Below are positions 1-8,097 of a DNA stretch of 64,000 nucleotides, one piece after another. Made by a program: the position numbers and the translations under genes. Source of the DNA: an uncultured Bdellovibrionales bacterium. Lineage in GTDB: Bacteria > Patescibacteriota > Minisyncoccia > Moranbacterales > UBA1568. Each line of letters opens with the position of its first letter. The first letter of the stretch is position 1. Where the stretch lies: positions 80,296 through 144,295 of the forward strand of contig CAZTBI010000002.1 in the NCBI GenBank assembly GCA_964612055.1, given 5' to 3'. The notes below the pieces were generated by a model. It was not told where the DNA came from. It did not search any database and was given only the letters and a program-made list of their open reading frames with translations.

Positions 1-1153
1 AGGGCTTGAAGGATGATCCTGGCTGACGATCACGGATAGCGACATTCACGTTACCATCGATAGAGTCATCAAAGTAGTCTTTGGAACCAACCATGGCGAG
101 TACCTGACCAGTTTTTGGATCCATAGCTACCAAAGCAGCATTAGAGGCTTTCCATCGGATATTTTTGGCGGCGCCTTCTCGGACAGCTTGTTCAGCAGCC
201 TCTTGTTTTTCCCAGTCGAGGGTGGTGATAACCTTGAGACCGCCCTGTTCTACAGCCTGATCGCCATACTTTTGCTGTAAGTAATCTTTGATATACATGA
301 CAAAATGCGGTGCGGCGATGATGTCTTTTTGAGGGAGGATCTTGTCGAGAGTTGGGGTCTCAATAGCGGTATTGGCTTGTTCTTCAGTGATATACCCGAG
401 CTTCATCATGGTACGAAGTGCGTAGTCTTTACGCCCAACGAGGGCATCGAGGTGAGATCCATAAGGAGAATAGTAAGCTGTGGCCTGAGGAAGGGCAGAA
501 ATAAGAGCCGCCTCATCAAGGGTGAGCTCTCGAGCCGGTTTGCCAAAAAAGGTCTGAGCAGCCGCCTCAATACCATAGGCATTGGAACCGTACGGGATTT
601 CATTTAAGTACATGGCCAAAATTTCGTCCTTGGAGAACTTCGTCTCCATTTCGATAGAGAGAATAACCTCCTTGATCTTGCGCGTGAGAGTTTTTTCGTT
701 GGTGAGGAGAGAGTTTTTGACAAACTGCTGTGTGATGGTCGATCCTCCCTGAGACTTCTCAAGGGTGATAATGTCGTTTAAAATGGATCGAATGATGGAG
801 GTAATCTTGATGCCGTGGTGGCTGTAGAAATCCTGATCCTCGAGGCTAATGGTGGCGTACTTAATAACATCCGGCATGTCAGAAAAAGGGATAATCGTAC
901 GTTTTTCCTCGCCATGCACCTCATAGAGAAGGTGGGTCCCGGTGCGGTCATAGATTTTGGTTGATTCTACGATGGCACGCTTGCTGATTTCGCCGGTATT
1001 CGGGAGATCTTTGGCAATATAGGCAAAGATAGAGCCAACTACCACAAAGCCAATGCCAAAAACGATCATTCCTATTCGGAAGAGTGTTCTCCAGATATGA
1101 TTTTTTGGCTTATCAAGGCCTGGAACTTGGCGTTTTCTGTGAAAAAATTTCAT
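1..1153 (-). CDS. Class A penicillin-binding protein (PBP1A-like); 5' part only, gene runs off the left window edge
   Basis: Minus-strand ATG at 1151-1153 gives MKFFHRKRQVPGLDKPKNHIW, then a TM helix (IGMIVFGIGFVVVGSIFAYIA). GT51 transglycosylase motifs follow: EDQDFYSHHGI, GGSTITQQ, RKIKE. No stop codon within the window. Confidence 0.8.
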   Translation of the reverse strand, partial: MKFFHRKRQVPGLDKPKNHIWRTLFRIGMIVFGIGFVVVGSIFAYIAKDLPNTGEISKRAIVESTKIYDRTGTHLLYEVHGEEKRTIIPFSDMPDVIKYATISLEDQDFYSHHGIKITSIIRSILNDIITLEKSQGGSTITQQFVKNSLLTNEKTLTRKIKEVILSIEMETKFSKDEILAMYLNEIPYGSNAYGIEAAAQTFFGKPARELTLDEAALISALPQATAYYSPYGSHLDALVGRKDYALRTMMKLGYITEEQANTAIETPTLDKILPQKDIIAAPHFVMYIKDYLQQKYGDQAVEQGGLKVITTLDWEKQEAAEQAVREGAAKNIRWKASNAALVAMDPKTGQVLAMVGSKDYFDDSIDGNVNVAIRDRQPGSSFKP

Positions 1154-1246
1154 AGAGTAATCAAGGGAAGTATCTCTATTGTATATCACAAAAAAAGGAA
1201 AATTGGAAGTCTCACTCAGCGAGCACAGGAGAGGCTGAGAGTTTTT

Positions 1247-2254
1247 TTATCGAGTCTTGAGTTTAGGGAAGATGCTTTTAAGAATTTCACTCGAAACATC
1301 GATGCCTTTACCTTCTACGAGCGGCTTCTCGTGCATGTTGTAGAAGGGATTGGGGTTAATTTCAATGATAACGTAGTCACTTTTGGCTGAAGAAATATCA
1401 TGAGCGAAGAAGTCTATGCCCCCATAGGTGAGACCAACAGCTTCAATGGCCCGTGCACATATATCTTTAAAATGAGGATGCATTTCCTTTGTGCGTTCAA
1501 TGGCCCTTCCACCGTCAGACATATTGAGATTGTTTCTGAGTTTGAAGAAATGCCCTTTCGGAAGAACCGATTTGAGAGTCAGTGAATGAAGTCGCAGAGT
1601 CTCTTTTGCAGTTTTATCAAGTTTAATTTCGAAACCAGGAAGTCTTTCAGCATCGAAGCGTTTAATAAGCTCTTCTATAGTAGAAGCTCCATCGCCAGTT
1701 ATCCCTGCAGAAATTTTCTGTACACACGAAAGAACCTTTCCTTGAAACACTAAGACGCGGTATTCATTCGCAACGAACATTTCTTCGATAAGGAATCTGA
1801 CCCGTGGGCGCTTTCCATATGCCCCTTTGGCGTGAGCTATGGCGACACGAAGTTCTTGAGGAGAAGCAATATCCCAGGTCACCCCTTTTGCTAAGGAGCC
1901 ATCAACAGGTTTGCAGATAAGAGGATATTTGAGCTTCCTTTCTTGGACAAGTCTGAGGGCTTCTTGGAGAGAAGTGGCTGTAAGTCCTTTAGGCGTCTTT
2001 ATATTTGAGGCATTGAGAACGGTTTTCGTAACTTCTTTATTTGTTGTGAGGTTTCCCATTCTTTTATAGATAGGAAGATTCCTTTTATAACAAAAAATAG
2101 CTCTTCCTCCATACTCAAGTTTCAGGATAGGGACCCCACCTTCCTCAATCATTTTTATTTGAATACCAAGTTCCACGGTCTTCTTCAGGAATGATTTAAA
2201 CCCTCCGTGCTTGATGTTTCTAATATATTCTTTTACAGTCATACTTTTATTCAA
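1247..2254 (-). CDS. ATP-grasp family ligase (RimK/cyanophycin-synthetase-like)
   Basis: 335 aa. ATP-grasp motifs KPVDGSLAKGV and EINPNP. Last gene of the operon with the two upstream minus-strand genes. Confidence 0.7.
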   Translation of the reverse strand: MNKSMTVKEYIRNIKHGGFKSFLKKTVELGIQIKMIEEGGVPILKLEYGGRAIFCYKRNLPIYKRMGNLTTNKEVTKTVLNASNIKTPKGLTATSLQEALRLVQERKLKYPLICKPVDGSLAKGVTWDIASPQELRVAIAHAKGAYGKRPRVRFLIEEMFVANEYRVLVFQGKVLSCVQKISAGITGDGASTIEELIKRFDAERLPGFEIKLDKTAKETLRLHSLTLKSVLPKGHFFKLRNNLNMSDGGRAIERTKEMHPHFKDICARAIEAVGLTYGGIDFFAHDISSAKSDYVIIEINPNPFYNMHEKPLVEGKGIDVSSEILKSIFPKLKTR

Positions 2255-2302
2255 AAGTTTAAAATCAACTTAGACGGCAGGTGTATAAAAGGGAATGAGA
2301 AA

Positions 2303-3697
2303 TTATTTGTTGATATCAATGAGAAATTTTCTCAAATGTTTTCTTCCTATGATGACAGGATATGTAAGGTGCCCACGGTCAATGCAAGAAACTTTAGCAG
2401 GCATTGTAACAGAATCAATAGTAAGCGTGACGAGAATCACTGGACGATAAGAATGTCCGTGAGACGATTTGACAGAGAAGGTATCTGCAAGATCCGGAAT
2501 ATCTTTAAAAAGTTTTTCACGTTCTTCCTTGGAGAGTTCGTTCACTATATCACGGCCAGCTATTTTTTCTTCGAATGTCTTAAGAACATCTTCAAATCCG
2601 AGCTCCTTTGCTAATGTAATATCGATAGAGGTGGAGTCGGCCCCGGTGTCGATTTTGGCCTCGACTTCAATTTCTTTGCCATCCTTTCCAATTAGCTTTA
2701 CTTTTTCAACGCCTCCAATAACGCGTTTACCAGAAAGCTCCTCGATTTCCTCCTCGATTTCTCCGCCGAAAAGATTTTGTCCCACGCGCATGCCACGTTC
2801 CGTTGACTTGATTTTCAGTCCAGCTACTCGCTTGAGGCGGCTTTTCAGCCCGGCCAAGTTAGCGAGCTGGATGGAGAGTCCTGGCCGAGCGTTGAGCTCC
2901 AAGATAACCGGTCCACGATCGCGGTCGATAGCAATATCGGCGCCAAGAAATCCCAGACCTGAAAGCGTCTGTGCTTCGACGGACATGCGTAAAATTTCTT
3001 TCCAATAGGGGATCTTGATACCAGAGAGCACCAGTCGTGTATCAGGGACATATTCGATCAAGTGACCCTTGCCGATGATGGCAGTCGTAGTAGTACCGGT
3101 AGCAAGGTCGATACCGACACCGATGGCTCCTTGCTGGAGATTAGCTTTGCCATCAGAGGCCTTGGTCGGTAGGCGGAGCATAGCCATGACAGGCACATGA
3201 TTGAAAACGATAACACGGATATCGGGAATACCTTTGTAGCTGTACGGTTTAAAAAGTTTCAAGAGTGTGAGGCGTTCTTCGAAAAAGGCGATATCCGGTG
3301 TGTTGGCCAAAGAAAACGAGCCATCAAGAATGTTTCTAATATGTGATTTCAGGTCTTCGACAGTAATGATAGAGCCATTGGCTTTGACCCAGGCGTCCTC
3401 ACGACCCTTCTTTTTGGCGTAGACAACGATGATGCCCTCACCGCCAAAACCACGGTTTGGTTTCAAGGCAAAACTACTAGGGAGTGAATTCCAATCAAAC
3501 TGCTCGAGCTCCTCATGGGTCTTTATCTTCGCAATGAGGGCTGAGACACCGAGGTTGTTTTTTTTCAGGAGACGTTTGCAGAGCAGCTTGTTGTCAGCGA
3601 TCTCCATCCCGCGCTTGCGGTTATTCGGTCGGATGTACTCCAAATTCCGGGCATTCATGCCGAGGAGCAACCCACTTTTTTTGAGGAAATCGAACAT
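2303..3697 (-). CDS. alpha-L-glutamate-ligase-like ATP-grasp protein fused to a C-terminal retropepsin-like (RimB/PF05618-like) domain
   Basis: 464 aa. N-terminus MNARNLEYIRP...KPNRGFGGEGIIV is a TIGR02291-like ATP-grasp. C-terminal about 110 aa contains IDTGADSTSI, the D-T-G-A aspartic protease motif. Confidence 0.7.
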   Translation of the reverse strand: MFDFLKKSGLLLGMNARNLEYIRPNNRKRGMEIADNKLLCKRLLKKNNLGVSALIAKIKTHEELEQFDWNSLPSSFALKPNRGFGGEGIIVVYAKKKGREDAWVKANGSIITVEDLKSHIRNILDGSFSLANTPDIAFFEERLTLLKLFKPYSYKGIPDIRVIVFNHVPVMAMLRLPTKASDGKANLQQGAIGVGIDLATGTTTTAIIGKGHLIEYVPDTRLVLSGIKIPYWKEILRMSVEAQTLSGLGFLGADIAIDRDRGPVILELNARPGLSIQLANLAGLKSRLKRVAGLKIKSTERGMRVGQNLFGGEIEEEIEELSGKRVIGGVEKVKLIGKDGKEIEVEAKIDTGADSTSIDITLAKELGFEDVLKTFEEKIAGRDIVNELSKEEREKLFKDIPDLADTFSVKSSHGHSYRPVILVTLTIDSVTMPAKVSCIDRGHLTYPVIIGRKHLRKFLIDINK

Positions 3698-3740
3698 ACA
3701 AGACAGAAAACAAAAAAGAAATCAATGGACAAGTGATTGT

Positions 3741-4400
3741 CTATTGAAGGTGACGAATAATTTTCCGGAAGCGGAGAAATTCGGTAATACGGAGACCGGT
3801 CCACTTACCAAGCGAGAAGTTGATAAGAAAAGTGAAAAGAATAATCCATGGGAAATGGAGCACCAGCGTCGTGAGGAAATCCCAACTGATAAGGTAGTAA
3901 CCAACAACGGAGATGATGAGTGTTTCGACAGCGAGAACAAGTGCGATCTTGCTTCCTTTCTCGATCTGAGTCGCGACGAATTTCTCCGCCAGCGTGATCA
4001 TGATGAGGAGCGGAAAGATCGAAACAGCGGCCAGTCCAGTGCGACGATACATACCTCCGATAACGAGGACACCGAGAATAGCGAGTGACACAATAGAAAC
4101 GGTGATGGCGACGCGGGGAAGATAGAGGAGTCGGAACTGTTTCATGAGGAGGCGAGACAGTGTCCCGACGAGGATGACCGAGACGAAGATAGCGATGCCG
4201 TATTTGATGCCATTGGGATCAAAGGCGAGGAGGGCAAAGGTGATGATGGAGGGGGTGTAGATGCCAAAGGCCTTGATCCCAATAACCTGACGAAAAAAAG
4301 CAACCAAGGTCACGACGATGGGTAACATCAAAAGAAGGGCCACGGTTTGGAGTGGTACTCCCTGCTCCACAATAAAGTTGATGAGTGGATGGTAGGACAT
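3741..4400 (-). CDS. Polytopic membrane protein, 7TM_transglut-like (no transglutaminase domain)
   Basis: 219 aa with about 6-7 predicted TM helices. First gene of the ATP-grasp operon. This architecture is characteristic of PF14402 gene neighbourhoods. Confidence 0.55.
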   Translation of the reverse strand: MSYHPLINFIVEQGVPLQTVALLLMLPIVVTLVAFFRQVIGIKAFGIYTPSIITFALLAFDPNGIKYGIAIFVSVILVGTLSRLLMKQFRLLYLPRVAITVSIVSLAILGVLVIGGMYRRTGLAAVSIFPLLIMITLAEKFVATQIEKGSKIALVLAVETLIISVVGYYLISWDFLTTLVLHFPWIILFTFLINFSLGKWTGLRITEFLRFRKIIRHLQ

Positions 4401-4430
4401 AGAGTATGAGTGATAAAAATCACGAAATAA

Positions 4431-4922
4431 CTAGGAGTTTTTGATCGCTTCCATTTTTCTTCGGCTCGCATGACACAGGGCAATGGCGAGGGCATCTGCG
4501 GTGTCGTCTGGTTTTGGTATTGAGGGGAGTTTCAAAAGAGCCTTCACCATCAATTGTACCTGACTCTTATCGGCTCGCCCATAATTTGTCAACGCCTGTT
4601 TCACTTCGAGCGGAGTGTAACCGAAAATACTAACACGTAAATTCTCTAAAGTCAAGAGGATAACGCCGCGAGCTTGGGCAACAGAAATAATGGTTTTTTG
4701 ATTCTTAAAGAAGAACAATTCTTCGACCGCGGCTTCCTCTGGTTTATAGCGTTTGATAATAGCCTTCAGATCGTCGGCAATTTCTGCCAAGCGTTTTTCT
4801 GGCGCTAGTTCTTTGTCGGTACTGATATGTCCAAAAGCAATGGAAGTTGTTTTCCCGCCCACACTCTCTATTACGCCCCAGCCCACCGTTGCGGTGCCGG
4901 GATCAATACCGAGAATTCTCAT
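4431..4922 (-). CDS. ruvC: Holliday junction resolvase RuvC
   Basis: MRILGIDPGTATVGWGVIE catalytic N-terminus. The ORF track's alternative start at 4937 adds 5 aa. Confidence 0.9.
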   Translation of the reverse strand: MRILGIDPGTATVGWGVIESVGGKTTSIAFGHISTDKELAPEKRLAEIADDLKAIIKRYKPEEAAVEELFFFKNQKTIISVAQARGVILLTLENLRVSIFGYTPLEVKQALTNYGRADKSQVQLMVKALLKLPSIPKPDDTADALAIALCHASRRKMEAIKNS

Positions 4923-4949
4923 AAAAGAGTTTTTCAAAAGTCGCCAAGA

Positions 4950-5669
4950 CTAGGCGCGGTTGTCCCAGACGCGCTGAACATCAGGATGATCATCCAAGGT
5001 TTCGAGGAGTTTTTCTAAAGCAGGCAGATCGTTTTCAGCAGGGGTAGCCATTTGTGACGGGACATAGCCAAGCTCGGCACTCTCGCACACAAGATTCTTG
5101 CCGCGGAAGTATTCTTCAACAGACTGGAGCTTATCAATAGCGGTGATGACGACAAACACTTCGTCGGTAGTGAAAAAATCATCAGCACCGGATTCGAGCG
5201 TTTCCGTCTCTAGAGTTTCGGCAGAATGTTTTTCGAGTAAAAAAGTAATGAGGCCAACGCGACGAAACATGAAACTGACAGCGCCGGTGGGAACGAATTT
5301 TCCATTGCCCTTTGTGAGGATACTCTTCACTTCACTGACGGTGCGGTTCTTGTTGTCGGTAGCGGTCTCAATGAGGAGGGCGACTTGGCCGGGACCGTAG
5401 GCTTCGTAGGTGAGCTCCTCGATTTTGGCGCCGTCTTTCAGTTCGCCGGTACCGCGTTTGATAGCCCGATCGATATTGTCTTTGGGCATGTTGACGGCTT
5501 TGGCGGCATCAATAGCCATCTTGAGTGAGTAGTTGTTATCGGGATTTCCGCCACCAGCGGCAGCCGCGATGATGATATTGCGTCCATACTTGGTAAAAAC
5601 AGCAGCGCGTTTGGCATCGTTCAATCCTTTTTGGCGATGGGTAGTAGCCCAGTGTGAGTGTCCTGACAT
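4950..5669 (-). CDS. yebC: YebC/PmpR family DNA-binding transcriptional regulator
   Basis: 239 aa beginning MSGHSHWATTHRQKG, the typical DUF28/YebC N-terminus. Confidence 0.9.
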   Translation of the reverse strand: MSGHSHWATTHRQKGLNDAKRAAVFTKYGRNIIIAAAAGGGNPDNNYSLKMAIDAAKAVNMPKDNIDRAIKRGTGELKDGAKIEELTYEAYGPGQVALLIETATDNKNRTVSEVKSILTKGNGKFVPTGAVSFMFRRVGLITFLLEKHSAETLETETLESGADDFFTTDEVFVVITAIDKLQSVEEYFRGKNLVCESAELGYVPSQMATPAENDLPALEKLLETLDDHPDVQRVWDNRA

Positions 5670-5858
5670 AGTGTTTGTAGCGCCCTTGATTTCTGGCGCA
5701 TTTCTTTGTCAGAGCTTTACGGTGCGCGACACCGTACTTTTATTAGTACGGCTTACTGCGCTCCGCAGCTCTTTCGCGAACTGCATCCAGAAACCAAGGG
5801 CTTGAATGGTGCTTAGATCAAGAAGTATTCTATCGGAATTTTCAAAAAAAGAAAAGAC

Positions 5859-6440
5859 TTACCGTTTTTTGTTGAAGACTGTTGCCATGTCGCGTATGTC
5901 GTCTTGGGCGGCCTGACGAGAAAGCGTCATGACATGATCTTTGACAGCGAAAGGATCGCCGACCTGACGAAAGGTAAAGCGTTCTTCTTCGGCAGCGGTC
6001 TGTACATAGACATCGCCAAAATTGAGGATAGTTGGGATGAGGCCATTGACGGAGCTCGTCACATCTTGGACGCGAGAAAAACGAAGCTCGCTAATACGAC
6101 GAGTGAAAAGTCCTCTTTGCTCAATATTCACAATGCGTTCGTTGGTAATAATCCAGACATCAAAGTAGTAATCAATCCAGACCAAGAAACTGTAGAGCCA
6201 AATAAAAAGAAGAAGAGTATTTTGAACAAAGAGAAAGAACGGCCAATTTTCTTCAGTGAGAGCTTCTGGGAAAAGGGTTGGGAGAAAGGCAATGCTTCCC
6301 ATAAGGAAGAAAGAGAGGAGGAGTACCATCCCAAGATGCATAACAATATTGAACCAGTGACGGTGAATAATCCGGAGGACGGTCTCGTTTTCATGTTGCC
6401 CCTGAAAGTGGTGGCGGCCAAGTGGCGTGGAAGGAGACAT
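5859..6440 (-). CDS. Membrane protein with bacterial PH (YdbT/DUF304-like) domain
   Basis: Two TM helices followed by a PH-like region (ITNERIVNIEQRGLFTRRISELRFSRVQDV). Confidence 0.55.
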   Translation of the reverse strand: MSPSTPLGRHHFQGQHENETVLRIIHRHWFNIVMHLGMVLLLSFFLMGSIAFLPTLFPEALTEENWPFFLFVQNTLLLFIWLYSFLVWIDYYFDVWIITNERIVNIEQRGLFTRRISELRFSRVQDVTSSVNGLIPTILNFGDVYVQTAAEEERFTFRQVGDPFAVKDHVMTLSRQAAQDDIRDMATVFNKKR

Positions 6441-6445
6441 AGTCT

Positions 6446-6670
6446 TTAGAATGACGATTGAAGAGGCAGCATTTCTTCGAGTGGGAGTGAAAAAAAGAGA
6501 AGAGCATTCGTAAACAAAAGTATACCGAGAACGCTCATAAAAAGAAGAGTGCCAAACAGAGCTACCTTACGGTTGAGGGAGTAACGGAGTAAATGAAAAA
6601 CAACAAACAACCCAGTGATGACGAAACTCAAAAAAAGAAACGTATAGAGAAGACCAAAAACAAAACGCAT
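6446..6670 (-). CDS. Small hypothetical membrane protein
   Basis: 74 aa with two hydrophobic helices, tightly packed between ruvB and the PH-domain gene on the same strand. Confidence 0.4.
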   Translation of the reverse strand: MRFVFGLLYTFLFLSFVITGLFVVFHLLRYSLNRKVALFGTLLFMSVLGILLFTNALLFFSLPLEEMLPLQSSF

Positions 6671-6719
6671 AGGGAATATTTTTTGTTGACCTCGTTATTG
6701 TATCATCGCCCGATGATGC

Positions 6720-7751
6720 CTACAATAATTTTTCTTGATGATTTTTTGGCATCGCTATATCGAGATGCTTGTAACCATGTTCTGTGACGACGCGGCCACG
6801 CGGAGTGCGAGCCAGGAATCCGAGCTGGATCAAGTACGGTTCGTAGACGTCTTCGATGGTCTGTATCTCTTCGCCAGTAACGGCCGCGAGTGCCTGGATA
6901 CCGGCGGGACCACCTTTGAACTTATGGATGAGGGTGTGAAGAATGTGACGGTCAGTTGGTTCGAGACCGAGATGGTCAATTTCGTACAGATCGAGCGCTT
7001 CACGGGCAAGGTCCCCGGAAATGGTAGGGACATCTTTTACTTCCGCATAATCGCGGACGCGTTTCAAAATGCGATTCGCCACGCGGGGAGTTTGGCGGCT
7101 ACTTCTGGCAATCTCTTCTGCTCCTGATACATCGAGACCAATACCAAGAATACCCGAGGAGCGCTTTACGATCTTTTCGATATCTTCCGGAGTGTAGAAT
7201 TCTAGTCTGTGAGTCGAGCCAAAGCGATTGCGCAGGGGATTGGAAAGCGATCCCAGTCTGGTAGTGGCACCAATCAGGGTGAAGCGGGGGAGATCAAGCT
7301 GGATGGTTCGGGCGGCTGGTCCTTTGCCGATGATGATATCGAGTTTGTAGTCTTCCATGGCTGGATACAAGACTTCTTCGATCATTTTATTGAGTCGGTG
7401 AATTTCATCAATAAAGAGGACGTCACCGGGTTCGAGATTAGTGAGGATAGAGCCGAGGTCACCTACTTTTTCGATGGCCGGTCCCGAAGTCACCTTGATA
7501 CCGACACCCATTTCTTTGGCGATGATGTGAGCAAGAGTTGTTTTTCCGAGTCCTGCTGGACCATAGAGAAGCACGTGATCAATATTTTCAGAGCGTTTCT
7601 TGGCGGCTTGAATAAAGATATCGAGATGGCGCTTGATCTTGTCCTGGCCAATATATTCTCCGAAATTTTGTGGCCGAAGGGTGTTATCCAGGTTCTGATC
7701 TTCAGCAGCCTTTTCTGGCTCTAGAGGGGAAGAAGTTTCAGCGTGAATCAT
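6720..7751 (-). CDS. ruvB: Holliday junction branch migration ATPase RuvB
   Basis: Walker [12 protein letters not shown], sensor motifs and a RuvB C-terminal domain. Confidence 0.95.
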   Translation of the reverse strand: MIHAETSSPLEPEKAAEDQNLDNTLRPQNFGEYIGQDKIKRHLDIFIQAAKKRSENIDHVLLYGPAGLGKTTLAHIIAKEMGVGIKVTSGPAIEKVGDLGSILTNLEPGDVLFIDEIHRLNKMIEEVLYPAMEDYKLDIIIGKGPAARTIQLDLPRFTLIGATTRLGSLSNPLRNRFGSTHRLEFYTPEDIEKIVKRSSGILGIGLDVSGAEEIARSSRQTPRVANRILKRVRDYAEVKDVPTISGDLAREALDLYEIDHLGLEPTDRHILHTLIHKFKGGPAGIQALAAVTGEEIQTIEDVYEPYLIQLGFLARTPRGRVVTEHGYKHLDIAMPKNHQEKLL

Positions 7752-7812
7752 AGGAATAAATGCTTGAATAAGGGAAAAAGTGACGTTTACTACAGTTTCA
7801 GTATAGCACTAG

Positions 7813-7841
7813 TTGACAAAGATTCAAAGACATGCTATTAT
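7813..7841 (+). promoter_or_regulatory. sigma70-type promoter for the candidate sRNA (TTGACA-N17-TATTAT)
   Basis: -35 TTGACA at 7813-7818, 17-nt spacer, -10 TATTAT at 7836-7841. Confidence 0.55.
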
Positions 7842-7846
7842 CAGGG

Positions 7847-8080
7847 GTCGCTTAAAAAACAAGTCCGCCTATTTCGATAGGACTGCTTCACATGTAGACA
7901 ATTGGGGATTTCTATCTTTTATCCTCAATCACGGGAACTGTTGCCAAGATCCGGGTAGGGTGGTTTCGGCTGCGCTATACCTCGACACTTTTCCTTTCCT
8001 CGTGCTCCCATGCTTGAGGATTTGTCTACAGCTGAAGCAGTAGCGATAGAAAAACCCCTCCATCTCGGAGAGGTTTTTTG
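7847..8080 (+). ncRNA. Candidate structured small RNA (rod-like, 6S-like or novel); no protein-coding potential
   Basis: Delimited by the consensus promoter and an intrinsic terminator. 5' GGGGTCGCT (7844-7852) pairs with AGCGA...CCCC (8042-8058). 18-bp helix 7882-7901/8022-8041 with a 2x2 internal loop, coaxial with 8-bp helix 7921-7928/8014-8021. UUCG-tetraloop hairpin at 7868-7881. Confidence 0.45.
8055..8080. terminator. Bidirectional intrinsic terminator
   Basis: Hairpin CCTCC-ATCTC-GGAGAGG followed by T7 on the + strand and preceded by A5. Serves the + sRNA and the minus-strand pilB-like gene ending at 8098. Confidence 0.55.
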
Positions 8081-8097
8081 TTTGGAGATTCCTATTA

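Noticed and set aside
2469-3008. 179-aa + strand ORF inside the ATP-grasp fusion gene
   Set aside because: Ser/Pro-rich antisense reading frame of a well-supported coding region.
5670-5858. 190-bp spacer between the PH-domain gene and yebC with several short hairpins (CCGTAC-TTTTATTA-GTACGG)
   Set aside because: Same-strand intra-operon spacer with no promoter or terminator consensus and no recognisable riboswitch motif. Insufficient evidence for a discrete element.
7813-8043. 76-aa + strand ORF (MTKIQRH...) in the ruvB-pilB spacer
   Set aside because: Its ATG lies inside the -35 hexamer of the promoter. There is no SD, and the region folds as a long-range paired RNA. Interpreted as non-coding.
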